Shown here piece by piece: positions 28,030 to 38,194 of a DNA stretch of 64,000 bases. Both the position numbers and the translations under genes were made by a program. The notes beneath the pieces were generated by a model. The model was not told where the DNA came from and made no database searches. It was given only the letters and a program-made list of their open reading frames with translations. Every line of letters starts with the position of its first letter. Positions within the stretch are counted from its first letter, which is position 1. The DNA is from an uncultured Gemmatimonadales bacterium (GTDB lineage: Bacteria; Gemmatimonadota; Gemmatimonadetes; Gemmatimonadales; GWC2-71-9). The DNA is taken from positions 288,001-352,000 of the forward strand of contig CAVZZO010000001.1 in NCBI GenBank assembly GCA_963779755.1. Reading direction: 5' to 3'.

Positions 28030-28922
28030 GGGCGGCGGCGGAACAGGCCGGAAAACAACCCGCTCTTTGCTCCCTTGTCGTCGCGGATGGCTGTGCAGAG
28101 CGCCTGGACAAACGCGTCTATCGATTTGTAGCGCCTGGACAAATCGCGTTCGAGGCCCTGCATGATGGCCGCCTCGACCTCCGGCGCGAAGCGGAGCCCT
28201 TTCGCCGCCTGGTTGAGCGGCAGGGGCGGCTGGGTGAGCAGCTGCTGAAACAGCTCACGGGGCGAGCGGCCGGTGTACGGCAGGACGCCCACCAGGAGAT
28301 AATACGCGATCGTCGCCAGGCTGTAGACGTCGGCCTGCTCATTGACCAGTTCGCCGCTTAGCGCTTCGGGCGCGACGTACTGCAGCGTTCCGACGAAAAA
28401 CCCGGTTCGGGTGAGCCGCTCTTCGGGGGCGGCATCGGCGTCCCGGGCGATGCCGAAATCCAGCAGCTTGGCCGTCCGGGTGGCCGGGTCGTACATGATG
28501 TTGGCCGGCTTGAGATCGCGATGAATGATCCCGCGGCCGTGCGCCGAGCTGAGCGCCGCGCCCAGTTGCTCGATGATCGACGCGACCAGCTCCGGCGCCA
28601 GCTGCCCCGAGCGGGTGGCGAAGGTGGCGAGGGGCTCGCCCGGCGCCCACTCGAGCGCCAGATAGTAGATCCCGTCCGTCTCGCCGAAATCGAAGGTGCG
28701 GACGATATTGGGGTGATCCACCCGGGCACCGTACTCGGCCTCGCGCAGAAACCGCTTGACGGCCGTCGGATCCTGGCTCAGCCGGGGGCGCAGCACCTTG
28801 ACCGCCGCCACCCCGCGCTGGGGGTGCTCGGCACGATAGACGGACGCCGTCCCTCCCTCGCCAACGTGCTCGAGAAGACGATATCCTGAGATGGTCCGGC
28901 CGACCAGATTCTCTTGCGCCAT
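28026..28922 (-). CDS. Stand-alone Ser/Thr protein kinase
   Basis: GEGGTA, AVK, HRDLKPAN, DFG, GTLQYVAPE. Confidence 0.92.
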   Translation of the reverse strand: MAQENLVGRTISGYRLLEHVGEGGTASVYRAEHPQRGVAAVKVLRPRLSQDPTAVKRFLREAEYGARVDHPNIVRTFDFGETDGIYYLALEWAPGEPLATFATRSGQLAPELVASIIEQLGAALSSAHGRGIIHRDLKPANIMYDPATRTAKLLDFGIARDADAAPEERLTRTGFFVGTLQYVAPEALSGELVNEQADVYSLATIAYYLLVGVLPYTGRSPRELFQQLLTQPPLPLNQAAKGLRFAPEVEAAIMQGLERDLSRRYKSIDAFVQALCTAIRDDKGAKSGLFSGLFRRRP

Positions 28923-28974
28923 GGGAATTGGCCAAGGTACTCTCTGCCGGTGGCCGCAGCAAGGCGCCGTCGGG

Positions 28975-29004
28975 TTGACGCCCCCGAAGGCGGACCGCTA
29001 ACGT
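28975..29004 (+). promoter_or_regulatory. Putative sigma70 promoter for GWxTD-polA-pilin
   Basis: TTGACG-18 nt-TAACGT. Confidence 0.5.
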
Positions 29005-29045
29005 TCCACGTGTTGCGAAAATGTGACAATCCACCCGGGGGAGCC

Positions 29046-30395
29046 GTGTTCCGTCGTTGGGCAGCGTGCGCCGCACTCGGCGCGGTAGTCGCGGGGTGCG
29101 GCAGCTGGCAGCGGGTCGGCAGCAATCCTCCGCCCGATGTGACCGCGTCCGTCACCCAGTTGTTCGATATGGCTTCGGTATATCACCGCCTGGGCCGTCT
29201 GGCCGTGGGCGGTGCCCTGCCGTTTGTCGGCACCGTGGTCTACGCCGCCGGCCCGGGCGATACCACCATGGCCCTGCTCGGGCTCTCGCTGGAAAACCGG
29301 GTCCTCAGTTTTACCCGCGACAGCACCGGCTTCGTCGCGCACTACCACGTCGATATCCACGCCACCGGCCGCGATTCCAGTACCGTGAGCTCGGCGCGCG
29401 ACGAAACCGTCCGGGCGCCGACCTACAACGAAACGCTGCGCAACGACGAGAGCGTGGTTTTCCAGCAGGAGCTGCACCTCACGCCGGGCGACTACCACCT
29501 GAGCGTTCAGGTGCGCGATCTCACCTCGTCACAGCACAGCGAGGCCGCGCTCGACCTCACCGTCCCGGCGTACTCGTCCGGTACCACCTCCGAGCCGATC
29601 GTCGCCTACGCGGTGACCGGCCGGGAGCGCCAGTCCGATTCGCTGCAGATCATTCTCAACCCCCGCGGCACCGTCTCCTACGGCAGCGACACGCTTCTGG
29701 CCTACATCGAAGGCTACCAGATGCGGCCCAACCAGGCCGTGCCCATGGAAATCAGGGACCAGAACGACGACCTCATCTTCCGCGATTCCCTTCATTTTGC
29801 CGGCGGGCAGGAGGTCGAGGGCCAGGTGGTGCGGCTGACCCCCGACAGCGCCCCGCTGGGCGAGCTCAAGCTGGTGGTAGGCAGCGGCGACGCACGGCGG
29901 GAAACCTCGGCCATCGTCTCCCTCTCGTCGGACTGGGTGGTCACGAACTACGAGGACATGATCAGCCTGCTACGCTACTTCGGACATCAGGACGAGCTCA
30001 AGGCGCTGCGCGACGCGCCCCCGGCCGACCGGGCCCGGCTCTGGCGGGAGTTCTATCACAAGAGCGATCCCCTTCCGACCACGCCCGGCAACGAAGCGCT
30101 CGATCTCTATTTCTCCCGGCTCGCCGTGGCCGACCGGCGGTTCCGCGATGAAGGGGTGGCCGGCTGGCGCACCGACCGGGGCGAGGTCTACATCCAGCTG
30201 GGGGAGCCGGACGAAGTCTACGATGCCAGCGCCACGGTGCAGGGGTTGGGCCGGGTCATCCGCTGGGTCTACGTGGACGAGCGGCTCTCGCTCATCTTCC
30301 AGGACGAGACCGGCTTCGGACGGTTCAGGCTCTCCACCACCTCGCGCGCGGAGTTCGAGCGGGCCGTGGACCGGCAGCGGCGGCGGACGGGTTAG
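29046..30395 (+). CDS. GWxTD domain lipoprotein
   Basis: Lipobox VVAGC after GTG start; DPLPTTPGNE, GWRTDRGEVYIQLGEPD. Confidence 0.88.
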   Translation: MFRRWAACAALGAVVAGCGSWQRVGSNPPPDVTASVTQLFDMASVYHRLGRLAVGGALPFVGTVVYAAGPGDTTMALLGLSLENRVLSFTRDSTGFVAHYHVDIHATGRDSSTVSSARDETVRAPTYNETLRNDESVVFQQELHLTPGDYHLSVQVRDLTSSQHSEAALDLTVPAYSSGTTSEPIVAYAVTGRERQSDSLQIILNPRGTVSYGSDTLLAYIEGYQMRPNQAVPMEIRDQNDDLIFRDSLHFAGGQEVEGQVVRLTPDSAPLGELKLVVGSGDARRETSAIVSLSSDWVVTNYEDMISLLRYFGHQDELKALRDAPPADRARLWREFYHKSDPLPTTPGNEALDLYFSRLAVADRRFRDEGVAGWRTDRGEVYIQLGEPDEVYDASATVQGLGRVIRWVYVDERLSLIFQDETGFGRFRLSTTSRAEFERAVDRQRRRTG

Positions 30396-30404
30396 CCGCC
30401 CGCC

Positions 30405-33170
30405 ATGGCGAACCACGATCCACCGCAGTTCTTCCTGATCGATGGCTACGCGCTGATCTACCGCGCGTTCTTCGCCATGATCGCCCGTCCGCTCAAGACC
30501 TCGCGGGGCGAGAACACCTCGGCGGCCTGGGGCGTGGCCAACTTCCTCCTGCGGCTGCGGGAGAAGTATCGCCCCGATTATCTCGCCTGGGTCAACGACG
30601 CGGGCGATTCGTTCCGCACCGAGGTCTACCCCGAGTACAAGTCCACCCGCGAAAAACTGGATGACGAGTTGCAGGCCGACTTCGACCGCTCGGTGGAGCA
30701 CATCCGCGAGCTGCTCGAGGCCTTCCGCGTGCCCCTGGTGGCGCTGGAAGGCTATGAGGCCGACGACGTGATCGGCTGCCTGGCGCGCGAAGGCGCCGGC
30801 CGCGGCTGGCAGGTGGTCATCGTCTCCGGCGACAAGGATTTCTATCAGTTGATCGGGCCCCGCGTCGCGCTGCTCAATCCGGGCCGGGGCGGCCCGGCCG
30901 GCGTGGACGAACAATGGGTGGATGAATCCAACGCGGTCGAGCGGCTGGGCGTGCCGCCGTCCCAGGTGGCCGATTACCTGGCTCTGGTAGGCGACAGCTC
31001 GGACAACGTGCCGGGCGTGAAGGGGATCGGGGCCAAGGGCGCCGTCACCCTGCTGCGGGAATACGGCGATCTGGAACAGCTGCTGGCACACGCCGCGGAG
31101 ATCAAGGGGAAACGCCCGCGCGAAGCCCTGCTGGCCCAGGGCGACGCCGCCCGCCTGTCACGGCGGCTGGTGACGATCCAGTGCGATCTGCCGGTAGGGG
31201 TCGAGCTGGATACGCTGGCGGTGCAGCCGCCGGACCAGACAGCCGCGGCACGGGTGCTGTCGGAGCTGGAGTTCTACACCCTGGTGCCTCAGGTGGGCCT
31301 CCAGGAGGCGGAGCCGGCTCCGGTGGTGGCGGGGCAGCCCGAACCCCGGGTGATCACCGACCCCGCCGAGCTGTTCGGCCTGGCCGCGCGGCTGCGGCAG
31401 GCCCCGGTGGTGGCGCTCAAGACGGAAGGATCCGCCCCCGACCCCCGCGAAGCCGACCTGCTCGGCCTGTCGCTGGCGGTCTCGCCCGGGGAGAGCTGGT
31501 ATCTCCCGTTCGGGCACCGCCAGCCCGGAGAGCTGCTCGACAGCGGCGCCACCCTTCTCAACCTGCCGCCGCTGGGCACGGCGGCCTGCCGGCCGGTGGC
31601 CGAAGTGCTGCGCGACGCCGCGGTGCCGAAAGCGGGGCACGATCTCAAGTATGACTGGCAGGTCCTGCGCGGCCAGGGCGTAGAGCTGGCCGGCGCGAGC
31701 TACGATGCGCTGCTCGCCAGTTTCGTCCTCGATCCCGGCCGCCGCTCCCATACCATCGACACGCTCAGCCTGGATCATCTGGGCCGTCCGATTCGCTCGC
31801 TGAGCGATGTCATCGGGCGGGGGCGGTCGCAGGTCCCCTTCGCCGAGCTGCCGGTGACCGATGCCGCCGCCTATGGGTGCGCCTGCGCGGCGACGGTCCT
31901 GGCGCTGCGGGAGCATTTCGCCCAGCCGCTGCGGCAGCAGGAACTGCTGCCGCTGCTGGAGGAGATCGAACTGCCGCTCATCGAGGTGCTGGTCGATATG
32001 GAATGGGCCGGGATTGCCATCGACCGGGACTTCTTTCAGCGCCTCTCGGGTGAGCTGGCGGACGATCTGCGGCGCCTGGAACGCCGCATTCTCGAGGTCG
32101 CGGGAGGCGAGTGCAACCTCAATTCTCCCCGGCAGCTCGCCGCCCTGCTGTTCGAGAGGCTGCAGCTGCCCGTGGTCAAGAAGACCAAGACGGGGCCGTC
32201 CACCGACGCGGACGTCCTGCAGCAACTGGCCGGCATGGGCCATGAAATCCCCCAGCTCATTCTGGACTACCGCGAGCTGGAGAAGCTGCGCTCCACGTAT
32301 GTCGATGTGCTGCCATCGCGGGTGAATCCCCGGACCGGACGGATCCATACCAGCTTCAACCAGACCGGGGCGGCGACGGGGCGCCTCTCCTCCTCCGAGC
32401 CCAACCTGCAGAACATTCCCGTGCGCTCGGAACGGGGCGGGGCGATCCGCCGCGGGTTCGTGGCGGCCCCGGGGTGCCGGTTCGTGGTCGCGGACTATTC
32501 CCAGATCGAGCTGCGGCTCATTGCGCATCTCTCGGAAGACCCGGCCTTCATCGAGGCCTTCCGGCGGGGCGGGGACATTCATGTCCAGACGGCGGCGGTG
32601 ATCTTCAGTGTGCCGGCGGAGCAGGTCACACCGCAGATGCGGGCGCAGGCCAAGACTATCAACTTCGCGACCATCTATGGCCAGGGGCCGTTCGCCCTCA
32701 GCCGGCAGCTGGGGATTTCCATGGAGGAGGCGCGCGCGTTCATCGCACAGTACTTTGAACGCTTCGCGGGCGTCCATGCGTACCGCGAGCGGATGGTCCA
32801 CCTGGCCCGGGAGCGGGGCTACGTCGAAACCATCTTCGGGCGGCGGCGCTACATTCCCGAGGTCAGGGACCGCAACTTCAACGTCCGGGCCTTCGGCGAG
32901 CGCACCGCCGCCAACTCTCCGGTGCAGGGTTCGGCGGCCGACCTGATCAAGATCGCCATGCGAAATATTCACCAGGCACTGAAGGGCATTCCCGGGGGCG
33001 GCCGCATGCTCCTGCAGGTGCATGACGAGCTGCTGTTCGAGTCACCCGAAGCCGAAGCCTCCGCGCTGGCCGAGCTGGTAACCCGGCATATGCAGGAAGC
33101 CGTGGCGCTGCGCGTCCCGCTGGTGGTGGAGGTCGGGATCGGCCCCAACTGGCTGGAAGCGAAGCATTGA
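30405..33170 (+). CDS. polA: DNA polymerase I
   Basis: LIDGYALIYRAF, GYEADD, GDSSDNVPGVKGIG, TGRLSSSEPNLQNIP, DYSQIELR, LQVHDEL. Confidence 0.98.
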   Translation: MANHDPPQFFLIDGYALIYRAFFAMIARPLKTSRGENTSAAWGVANFLLRLREKYRPDYLAWVNDAGDSFRTEVYPEYKSTREKLDDELQADFDRSVEHIRELLEAFRVPLVALEGYEADDVIGCLAREGAGRGWQVVIVSGDKDFYQLIGPRVALLNPGRGGPAGVDEQWVDESNAVERLGVPPSQVADYLALVGDSSDNVPGVKGIGAKGAVTLLREYGDLEQLLAHAAEIKGKRPREALLAQGDAARLSRRLVTIQCDLPVGVELDTLAVQPPDQTAAARVLSELEFYTLVPQVGLQEAEPAPVVAGQPEPRVITDPAELFGLAARLRQAPVVALKTEGSAPDPREADLLGLSLAVSPGESWYLPFGHRQPGELLDSGATLLNLPPLGTAACRPVAEVLRDAAVPKAGHDLKYDWQVLRGQGVELAGASYDALLASFVLDPGRRSHTIDTLSLDHLGRPIRSLSDVIGRGRSQVPFAELPVTDAAAYGCACAATVLALREHFAQPLRQQELLPLLEEIELPLIEVLVDMEWAGIAIDRDFFQRLSGELADDLRRLERRILEVAGGECNLNSPRQLAALLFERLQLPVVKKTKTGPSTDADVLQQLAGMGHEIPQLILDYRELEKLRSTYVDVLPSRVNPRTGRIHTSFNQTGAATGRLSSSEPNLQNIPVRSERGGAIRRGFVAAPGCRFVVADYSQIELRLIAHLSEDPAFIEAFRRGGDIHVQTAAVIFSVPAEQVTPQMRAQAKTINFATIYGQGPFALSRQLGISMEEARAFIAQYFERFAGVHAYRERMVHLARERGYVETIFGRRRYIPEVRDRNFNVRAFGERTAANSPVQGSAADLIKIAMRNIHQALKGIPGGGRMLLQVHDELLFESPEAEASALAELVTRHMQEAVALRVPLVVEVGIGPNWLEAKH

Positions 33171-33196
33171 AACGGATCGTTCCGGAGGAGGCCGCG

Positions 33197-33583
33197 ATGA
33201 ACCGGCGCACCCGTGCGGGATATACCATCATCGAAATCCTCATAGTCCTGCTGGTCGTGGGCATCCTCGCCCTGCTGGCACTGCCGCGCCTGCAGAACCA
33301 GAAGGAGAGGGCAACCTTCGCGAGTATGGAGTCGGACCTGCGGAATCTGGCCACCGCGGAGGAGAGCTACCTCTTCAGCAAGGGCACCTACACCACGGAC
33401 CTCGTAGCGCTCCAGGTGACCCTGAGTCCCGGCAATGTGCTGGTGGTGAACGAGGCGACCGATGCCGGCTGGTCCGCAACGGCGACCCATGTGCCGGCAG
33501 TTACCAAGATCTGCTATCTCTTCCACGGGGCCGCCACCCCGGTTGGGTCGGCGGTCAATGAGGGGGTCATCAGCTGCAGCTAG
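33197..33583 (+). CDS. Type IV pilin-like protein
   Basis: Prepilin motif G|YTIIEILIVLLVVGILALLALP; C-terminal Cys pair; GGAGGAG RBS. Confidence 0.85.
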   Translation: MNRRTRAGYTIIEILIVLLVVGILALLALPRLQNQKERATFASMESDLRNLATAEESYLFSKGTYTTDLVALQVTLSPGNVLVVNEATDAGWSATATHVPAVTKICYLFHGAATPVGSAVNEGVISCS

Positions 33584-35826
33584 CGGCCCCGCACGCCGGG
33601 CCACCAGTTCCACCGGCCGGCCAGATGCATGAAGGCCGGCACCAGCACCATCCGCACGATCGTCGCATCCAGCAGCACCGCCAGGGCCAGCCCGAAGCCC
33701 AGGAACTGCATCGCCAGAACCCGGGCGAAGGCAAAGACCCCGAAGACGATGATCATGATGAGCGCGGCCGAGGTGATCACCGAGGCGGTGGCGCTCAAGC
33801 CCTCCATGGTGGCCTGACTATTGCGGCCCGTTTTGTCGAACGCCTCCCTGATCCGGGTCAGCAGGAAGACTTCATAGTCCATACTGAGGCCGAACACGAC
33901 GGCGAAGACCAGCACCGGCACTACCACATAGATGGCGGATGTCGGCCCCCCCAGCCCGAAGAGGCGGCTGCCCCACCCGTGCTGGAAGACCAGCACCGTT
34001 ACGCCGAAGGTGGCGCTGACCGAGAGCGTGTTCATCACGACGGCCTTGAGGGGCACCAGGAGCGACTTGAACGCGAGGGCCAGCATGATGCTGGTAGTGA
34101 GCAGAATGAGCAGGACCATCATGGGGAAGCGTCCCAGCAGGTCCTTCTGCAGGTCCACGTTGGCCGCGGCGTAGCCGCCGACCAGCACGGTGGCGCCGGC
34201 CAGGCCCCTGATCTCGCTCTGGGCGACCCGCCGCGTCCGGCGCACCAGGTCCATCGAGGAGGTCAGCGAGGTGGTATCGGCCGGCACCACATCCAGCAGG
34301 GTGGCCCGGCCGTCGCGGCTGAGATACGCGTCCAGAAATCCCGGGAACTGCTCCCGGGCCGCAGGCAGGTCGCTGTAGAGCACGGAGTAGCCCAGGACCG
34401 AGCGGCTGGCGCGCAGGTCCACGATGCTTCGCACCCGGTCGACCCGGGGATCGGCCTGGAGAGAATCGGAAAGCGCCATCAGGGCGCGCAGGTGCGCGGC
34501 GCTCACCGCCCGCTGTCCCGCCGGAAACCGCACCATGACGCGGACCGGCTGGATGACGCCGGCCACGCCCATCCTGCTCAGCACTTCGGCCCCGGCCCCC
34601 GACTCGGTGCCCTGCGGCCACCAGTTGTGCGAGGGAAGGCCGATGCGGATCCAGAACAGCGGCGCGCTCATGATGGCGATGGCGGTGCCCCCCAGTGTGA
34701 GCGCCCGCCAGGGATGGCGGCTCAGGCTCCGGGCCCATTTCTCCCAGATGCGGGGAGCGTGGTACCAGGCGAGCCGCCGGGCCACGGCGCGGGGAAAGTC
34801 GATGTGCCGGCCCAGGAGTGCCAGCAGGGCGGGCAGCAGCGTCACCGACAGGGTGACCGCTACCAGGACCACGATGAGCCCGCCCACGCCCACGCTGCGC
34901 GTCTCCACCAGCGGTGTGGTGAGTAGCGCGGCAAAGCCCACCAGGACGGTGAGGCCCGAGGTGAGCACCGCGGCCCCGGCGGTGTGCAGGGTGCGGATTG
35001 CGGCGTCCCGCCGGGAGAGGCCGCGGTTCAGCTCCTCCCGGAACCGGGTAACGATGAGCAGCGAATAGTCGATGCCGACGCCCAGGCCGATCATCGTGGT
35101 CATGTTGAGCACGAAGATCGACATCGGCATCACCCGCGCGACCAGCGAAATGATGGCCAGGCTGATGGTGATCGCCAGAAAGCCCACCAGCAGGGGCAGG
35201 GTGGCGGCGACCAGGGCGCCGAAGGCGAATACCAGGACCACCAGGGTCAGCGGCAGCGAGAACAGCTCGCCCCGCACGCTGTCCTGGGCGGTCACCCGCC
35301 GGACGTCGTGGTCCAGGGGCGAGCGGCCGGTGACCAGTGCGGTATAGCGCGAGCCCGCCGGCGCGGCCGCCAGGGCCGACCGGACCGCCGCGCGTGCCGG
35401 CTCCACCAGCGCCCCCACACTGTCGGGGTTGGGAGCGCGTAGCGCCGCCAGCAGAAAGGTGGTGTGCTGGTCCCGGCTCAGAAACGTGGAATCGCCGGTG
35501 GTGTAGAACGACACGACGCCCTGGATGTAAGGCTGGCGCTCGAGCGCGGCGATGATCGAATCGGCCACCGCATGGCCGGCGGGGGCGGTGAGACTGTCCG
35601 GGCCCTGCAGGGTGACGGCAAAGAACTCGCTCAGCGGGTGGCTGAAGCCTTCCCGCAGCAGCGCCTCCGCCGCGTCCGATTCTGTGGGCCGGTGGCTGCC
35701 GCCCCGGGTGTTGAGAACCTCCTGGACGTGGCGCGCGTAGTGCAATGACGCGAGCGTCACGACCGCCCAGCAGGCGATGGTGGCCCAGCGATAACGAACG
35801 AGGATGCGGGCGAGGTAACGAAGCAT
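33580..35826 (-). CDS. MMPL/RND family transporter
   Basis: GLGVGIDYSLL..RFREE, FGLSMDYEVFLL, LLDATIVRMVLVPA, GRWNWW. Confidence 0.93.
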   Translation of the reverse strand: MLRYLARILVRYRWATIACWAVVTLASLHYARHVQEVLNTRGGSHRPTESDAAEALLREGFSHPLSEFFAVTLQGPDSLTAPAGHAVADSIIAALERQPYIQGVVSFYTTGDSTFLSRDQHTTFLLAALRAPNPDSVGALVEPARAAVRSALAAAPAGSRYTALVTGRSPLDHDVRRVTAQDSVRGELFSLPLTLVVLVFAFGALVAATLPLLVGFLAITISLAIISLVARVMPMSIFVLNMTTMIGLGVGIDYSLLIVTRFREELNRGLSRRDAAIRTLHTAGAAVLTSGLTVLVGFAALLTTPLVETRSVGVGGLIVVLVAVTLSVTLLPALLALLGRHIDFPRAVARRLAWYHAPRIWEKWARSLSRHPWRALTLGGTAIAIMSAPLFWIRIGLPSHNWWPQGTESGAGAEVLSRMGVAGVIQPVRVMVRFPAGQRAVSAAHLRALMALSDSLQADPRVDRVRSIVDLRASRSVLGYSVLYSDLPAAREQFPGFLDAYLSRDGRATLLDVVPADTTSLTSSMDLVRRTRRVAQSEIRGLAGATVLVGGYAAANVDLQKDLLGRFPMMVLLILLTTSIMLALAFKSLLVPLKAVVMNTLSVSATFGVTVLVFQHGWGSRLFGLGGPTSAIYVVVPVLVFAVVFGLSMDYEVFLLTRIREAFDKTGRNSQATMEGLSATASVITSAALIMIIVFGVFAFARVLAMQFLGFGLALAVLLDATIVRMVLVPAFMHLAGRWNWWPGVRGR

Positions 35827-35934
35827 GGCGAATGTGTCGGACGCCGGCGCGGGCCGGCGGCGGGCCAATCTTAGACGCGCCGGGAGCTGGATGCTAGCGG
35901 TGGCCCCCGGGCGCGGGGCATATTAGGGAGGCCT

Positions 35935-36687
35935 ATGCGGTATCTGCTGCCCCTGCTCATCCTGCTGCTCCTGGTGCTCATTGTGCGGGACCACCTGCCG
36001 GCGGGCTCCGGCCCCCGGGTGGCTCCGCCGGGTGTGGTGCGCTCCGGCGAGGGCGCCCGGGCCGGCGCCGACCTGCGGCTTGCGCCCGACAGCTCGGGCC
36101 TCCGGCTGCGGAGCGCCATCCGTGCCAGCCTCACCATGGAAGGTACGGGGATCTACCTCGACAGCCTGCTGCTGACGGCCGATTCGGTGCTTCGCCGCTG
36201 GCCCGACCCGCTCCCCCGGCTCCTGCACGTCGCCATCGTGACCGGCGGGCCCGACCTCTACGGTCCGCGCATGCTGGACATGGTTCGCGAGGCTCTCGAC
36301 GAATGGGAGCAGCTCGGCGTTGGGCTGCAATTCGATTTCGCCGCCGACAGCAGTCACGCCGACATCGTGGTCCGCTGGGTCGACCACTTCCCCATCGACC
36401 GGACGGGGCAGACCGACCTCACCTGGGACCAGAACGGCCGGATCCGGCACGCGTCCGTCTCGCTGGCCGTACGCGACATGCGGGGTCGGCCCCTGCCGGA
36501 TGCCGCTCTGCGCGCGGTGGCGGTGCACGAGATCGGCCATGCCCTCGGGCTGCCGCACTCCGCCAGCGCCGGCGATGTAATGTTCCCCGAGCCGCGGACG
36601 GTCGATCTCTCCAGCCGCGACCGCCGGAGCGTCCGGCTGTTGTACCGGCTTCCCGCCGGCTCCATCCGGGACAACCCGCTGCCCTGA
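35935..36687 (+). CDS. Matrixin-family (metzincin) metalloprotease
   Basis: HEIGHALGLPHS plus Met-turn DVMFP. Confidence 0.9.
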   Translation: MRYLLPLLILLLLVLIVRDHLPAGSGPRVAPPGVVRSGEGARAGADLRLAPDSSGLRLRSAIRASLTMEGTGIYLDSLLLTADSVLRRWPDPLPRLLHVAIVTGGPDLYGPRMLDMVREALDEWEQLGVGLQFDFAADSSHADIVVRWVDHFPIDRTGQTDLTWDQNGRIRHASVSLAVRDMRGRPLPDAALRAVAVHEIGHALGLPHSASAGDVMFPEPRTVDLSSRDRRSVRLLYRLPAGSIRDNPLP

Positions 36688-37835
36688 TGCGCACCGCCCC
36701 CGGTATTCTGCTGGCCCTCCTGCTGGCCGGGCCGCTGCGCGCCCAGTCGTTCGACGCGGCCGACTCGGCCGTGCGGGCCGGCGTCCGGGCCGGGATCTAT
36801 CCCGGAGCGGTGCTGGTCATCGGGCGTGGTGACACCATCCTGCACGCCCGCGGGTTTGGGCATCTGACCTGGTCGTCCCGCAGCGCCACCCCCCGTCCGG
36901 GCGCGACACTCTATGACCTTGCTTCCCTGACCAAGGTCGTCGCCGCCACCGGCGCCGCGCTGCTCCTGGTGGACCAGGGCAAGCTGCTGCTCGATGTGCC
37001 GGTCTCCCGCTATCTGCCGCGCTGGCGTGGCGGCGCCCGGGACCTGGTCACCGTTCGCATGCTGCTGAATCACACCAGCGGCCTGCGCCCCTGGGCGCCC
37101 TACTTCCGCGAGGCGCGCAGCCGGGACGGCGCGCTGGCCCTGCTTTACGACGAAACCCCGCGGTACCCGCCCGGCAGCCGCAGCGAATACAGCGATCTCA
37201 ACGCCATGCTGCTCGGCCTGGTGGTCGAGAAGGCCTCCGGCATGACGCTCGACCGCTATACCGCCGAGGCGCTGTTCCGCCCGCTTGGCATGACCCGGAC
37301 CACCTTCCGTCCCGGCGCCGAGTTCCGGGGCCGGATCGCCCCCACCGGGTTGTGGCACGGGCATCCGGTTTACCAGGTAAACGACCAGAACGCCGCGCGG
37401 CTGGGCGGCGTCTCCGGTCACGCCGGGCTCTTTTCGACCGGACTGGACCTGGCGCGCTACGCCCAGTGGTGGCTGCACCAGGGGATGGCGGGAAACCGCC
37501 GGCTGGTTTCCGCCGGCGTAATGCAGAGCTTCCTCGCGCCCGATCCGGAGGCCGGCACCCGGTTGCTCGGATGGGATTCCCCCGATCCGGAAGAGACCGA
37601 CGTCTCCAGTTTCGGTTCGCTGCTCTCCACCGCGTCGTACGGCCATACCGGGTGGACCGGGACGGAGATGTGGATCGACCCGGCACGGAATCTCTTCGTG
37701 ATCTTCCTGACCAACCGCAGTTATCATCCCCGCACCTCGCGGTCGATCAGCCGCCTGCGCGCCGTTCGGGCCTCCGTCGCCGACGCGACGGTCCGGGCCG
37801 CCGCCGGCTGCGTGGTGGCCAGCGCCACCTGCTGA
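36687..37835 (+). CDS. Exported serine hydrolase, beta-lactamase family
   Basis: ASLTK, LLNHTSG, YSD, GHAGLFS, GHTGWTG, LTNR. Confidence 0.9.
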   Translation: MRTAPGILLALLLAGPLRAQSFDAADSAVRAGVRAGIYPGAVLVIGRGDTILHARGFGHLTWSSRSATPRPGATLYDLASLTKVVAATGAALLLVDQGKLLLDVPVSRYLPRWRGGARDLVTVRMLLNHTSGLRPWAPYFREARSRDGALALLYDETPRYPPGSRSEYSDLNAMLLGLVVEKASGMTLDRYTAEALFRPLGMTRTTFRPGAEFRGRIAPTGLWHGHPVYQVNDQNAARLGGVSGHAGLFSTGLDLARYAQWWLHQGMAGNRRLVSAGVMQSFLAPDPEAGTRLLGWDSPDPEETDVSSFGSLLSTASYGHTGWTGTEMWIDPARNLFVIFLTNRSYHPRTSRSISRLRAVRASVADATVRAAAGCVVASATC

Positions 37836-37888
37836 GCGGCGCCGTTATCTTTCCTTCTCAGGCCGCCGCGCGGCCGGAAGGAGCGACC

Positions 37889-38188
37889 ATGCTGAACGAG
37901 GAGTACATCCGGAAGGCACTGCGGGCGGTCAAGGATCCCGAGCTGAACCTGAACATTGTGGACCTGGGTCTGGTCTACACTGTCCAGGTCAGCGCCGAGG
38001 GCGATGTGCAGGTGGAGATGACCCTCACCTCGCCGGGGTGCCCCGCCGGTCCCGAGATCGTCACCGATGTCAACCACACCATTCGCGATCTGGACGGCGT
38101 GCGCTCGGTCGACGTGGAGATCGTCTGGGAGCCCTACTGGACCCCGGAGCGTATCGATCCGCGGGTACGGGCCTTTCTGGGCGGCTGA
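37889..38188 (+). CDS. DUF59/SufT-like metal-sulfur cluster assembly factor
   Basis: DPELNLNIVDLGLVY, MTLTSPGCP, VWEPYWT. Confidence 0.92.
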   Translation: MLNEEYIRKALRAVKDPELNLNIVDLGLVYTVQVSAEGDVQVEMTLTSPGCPAGPEIVTDVNHTIRDLDGVRSVDVEIVWEPYWTPERIDPRVRAFLGG

Positions 38189-38194
38189 TCGCCC

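Noticed and set aside
29011..29030. CRP-like site TGCGA-N5-TGACA
   Set aside because: Spacing and half-sites do not fit TGTGA-N6-TCACA
31158..33023. Long antisense ORFs (here opposite polA; also opposite mutS, yidC, sufB and others)
   Set aside because: Shadow ORFs expected from high-GC codon bias; no recognisable motifs
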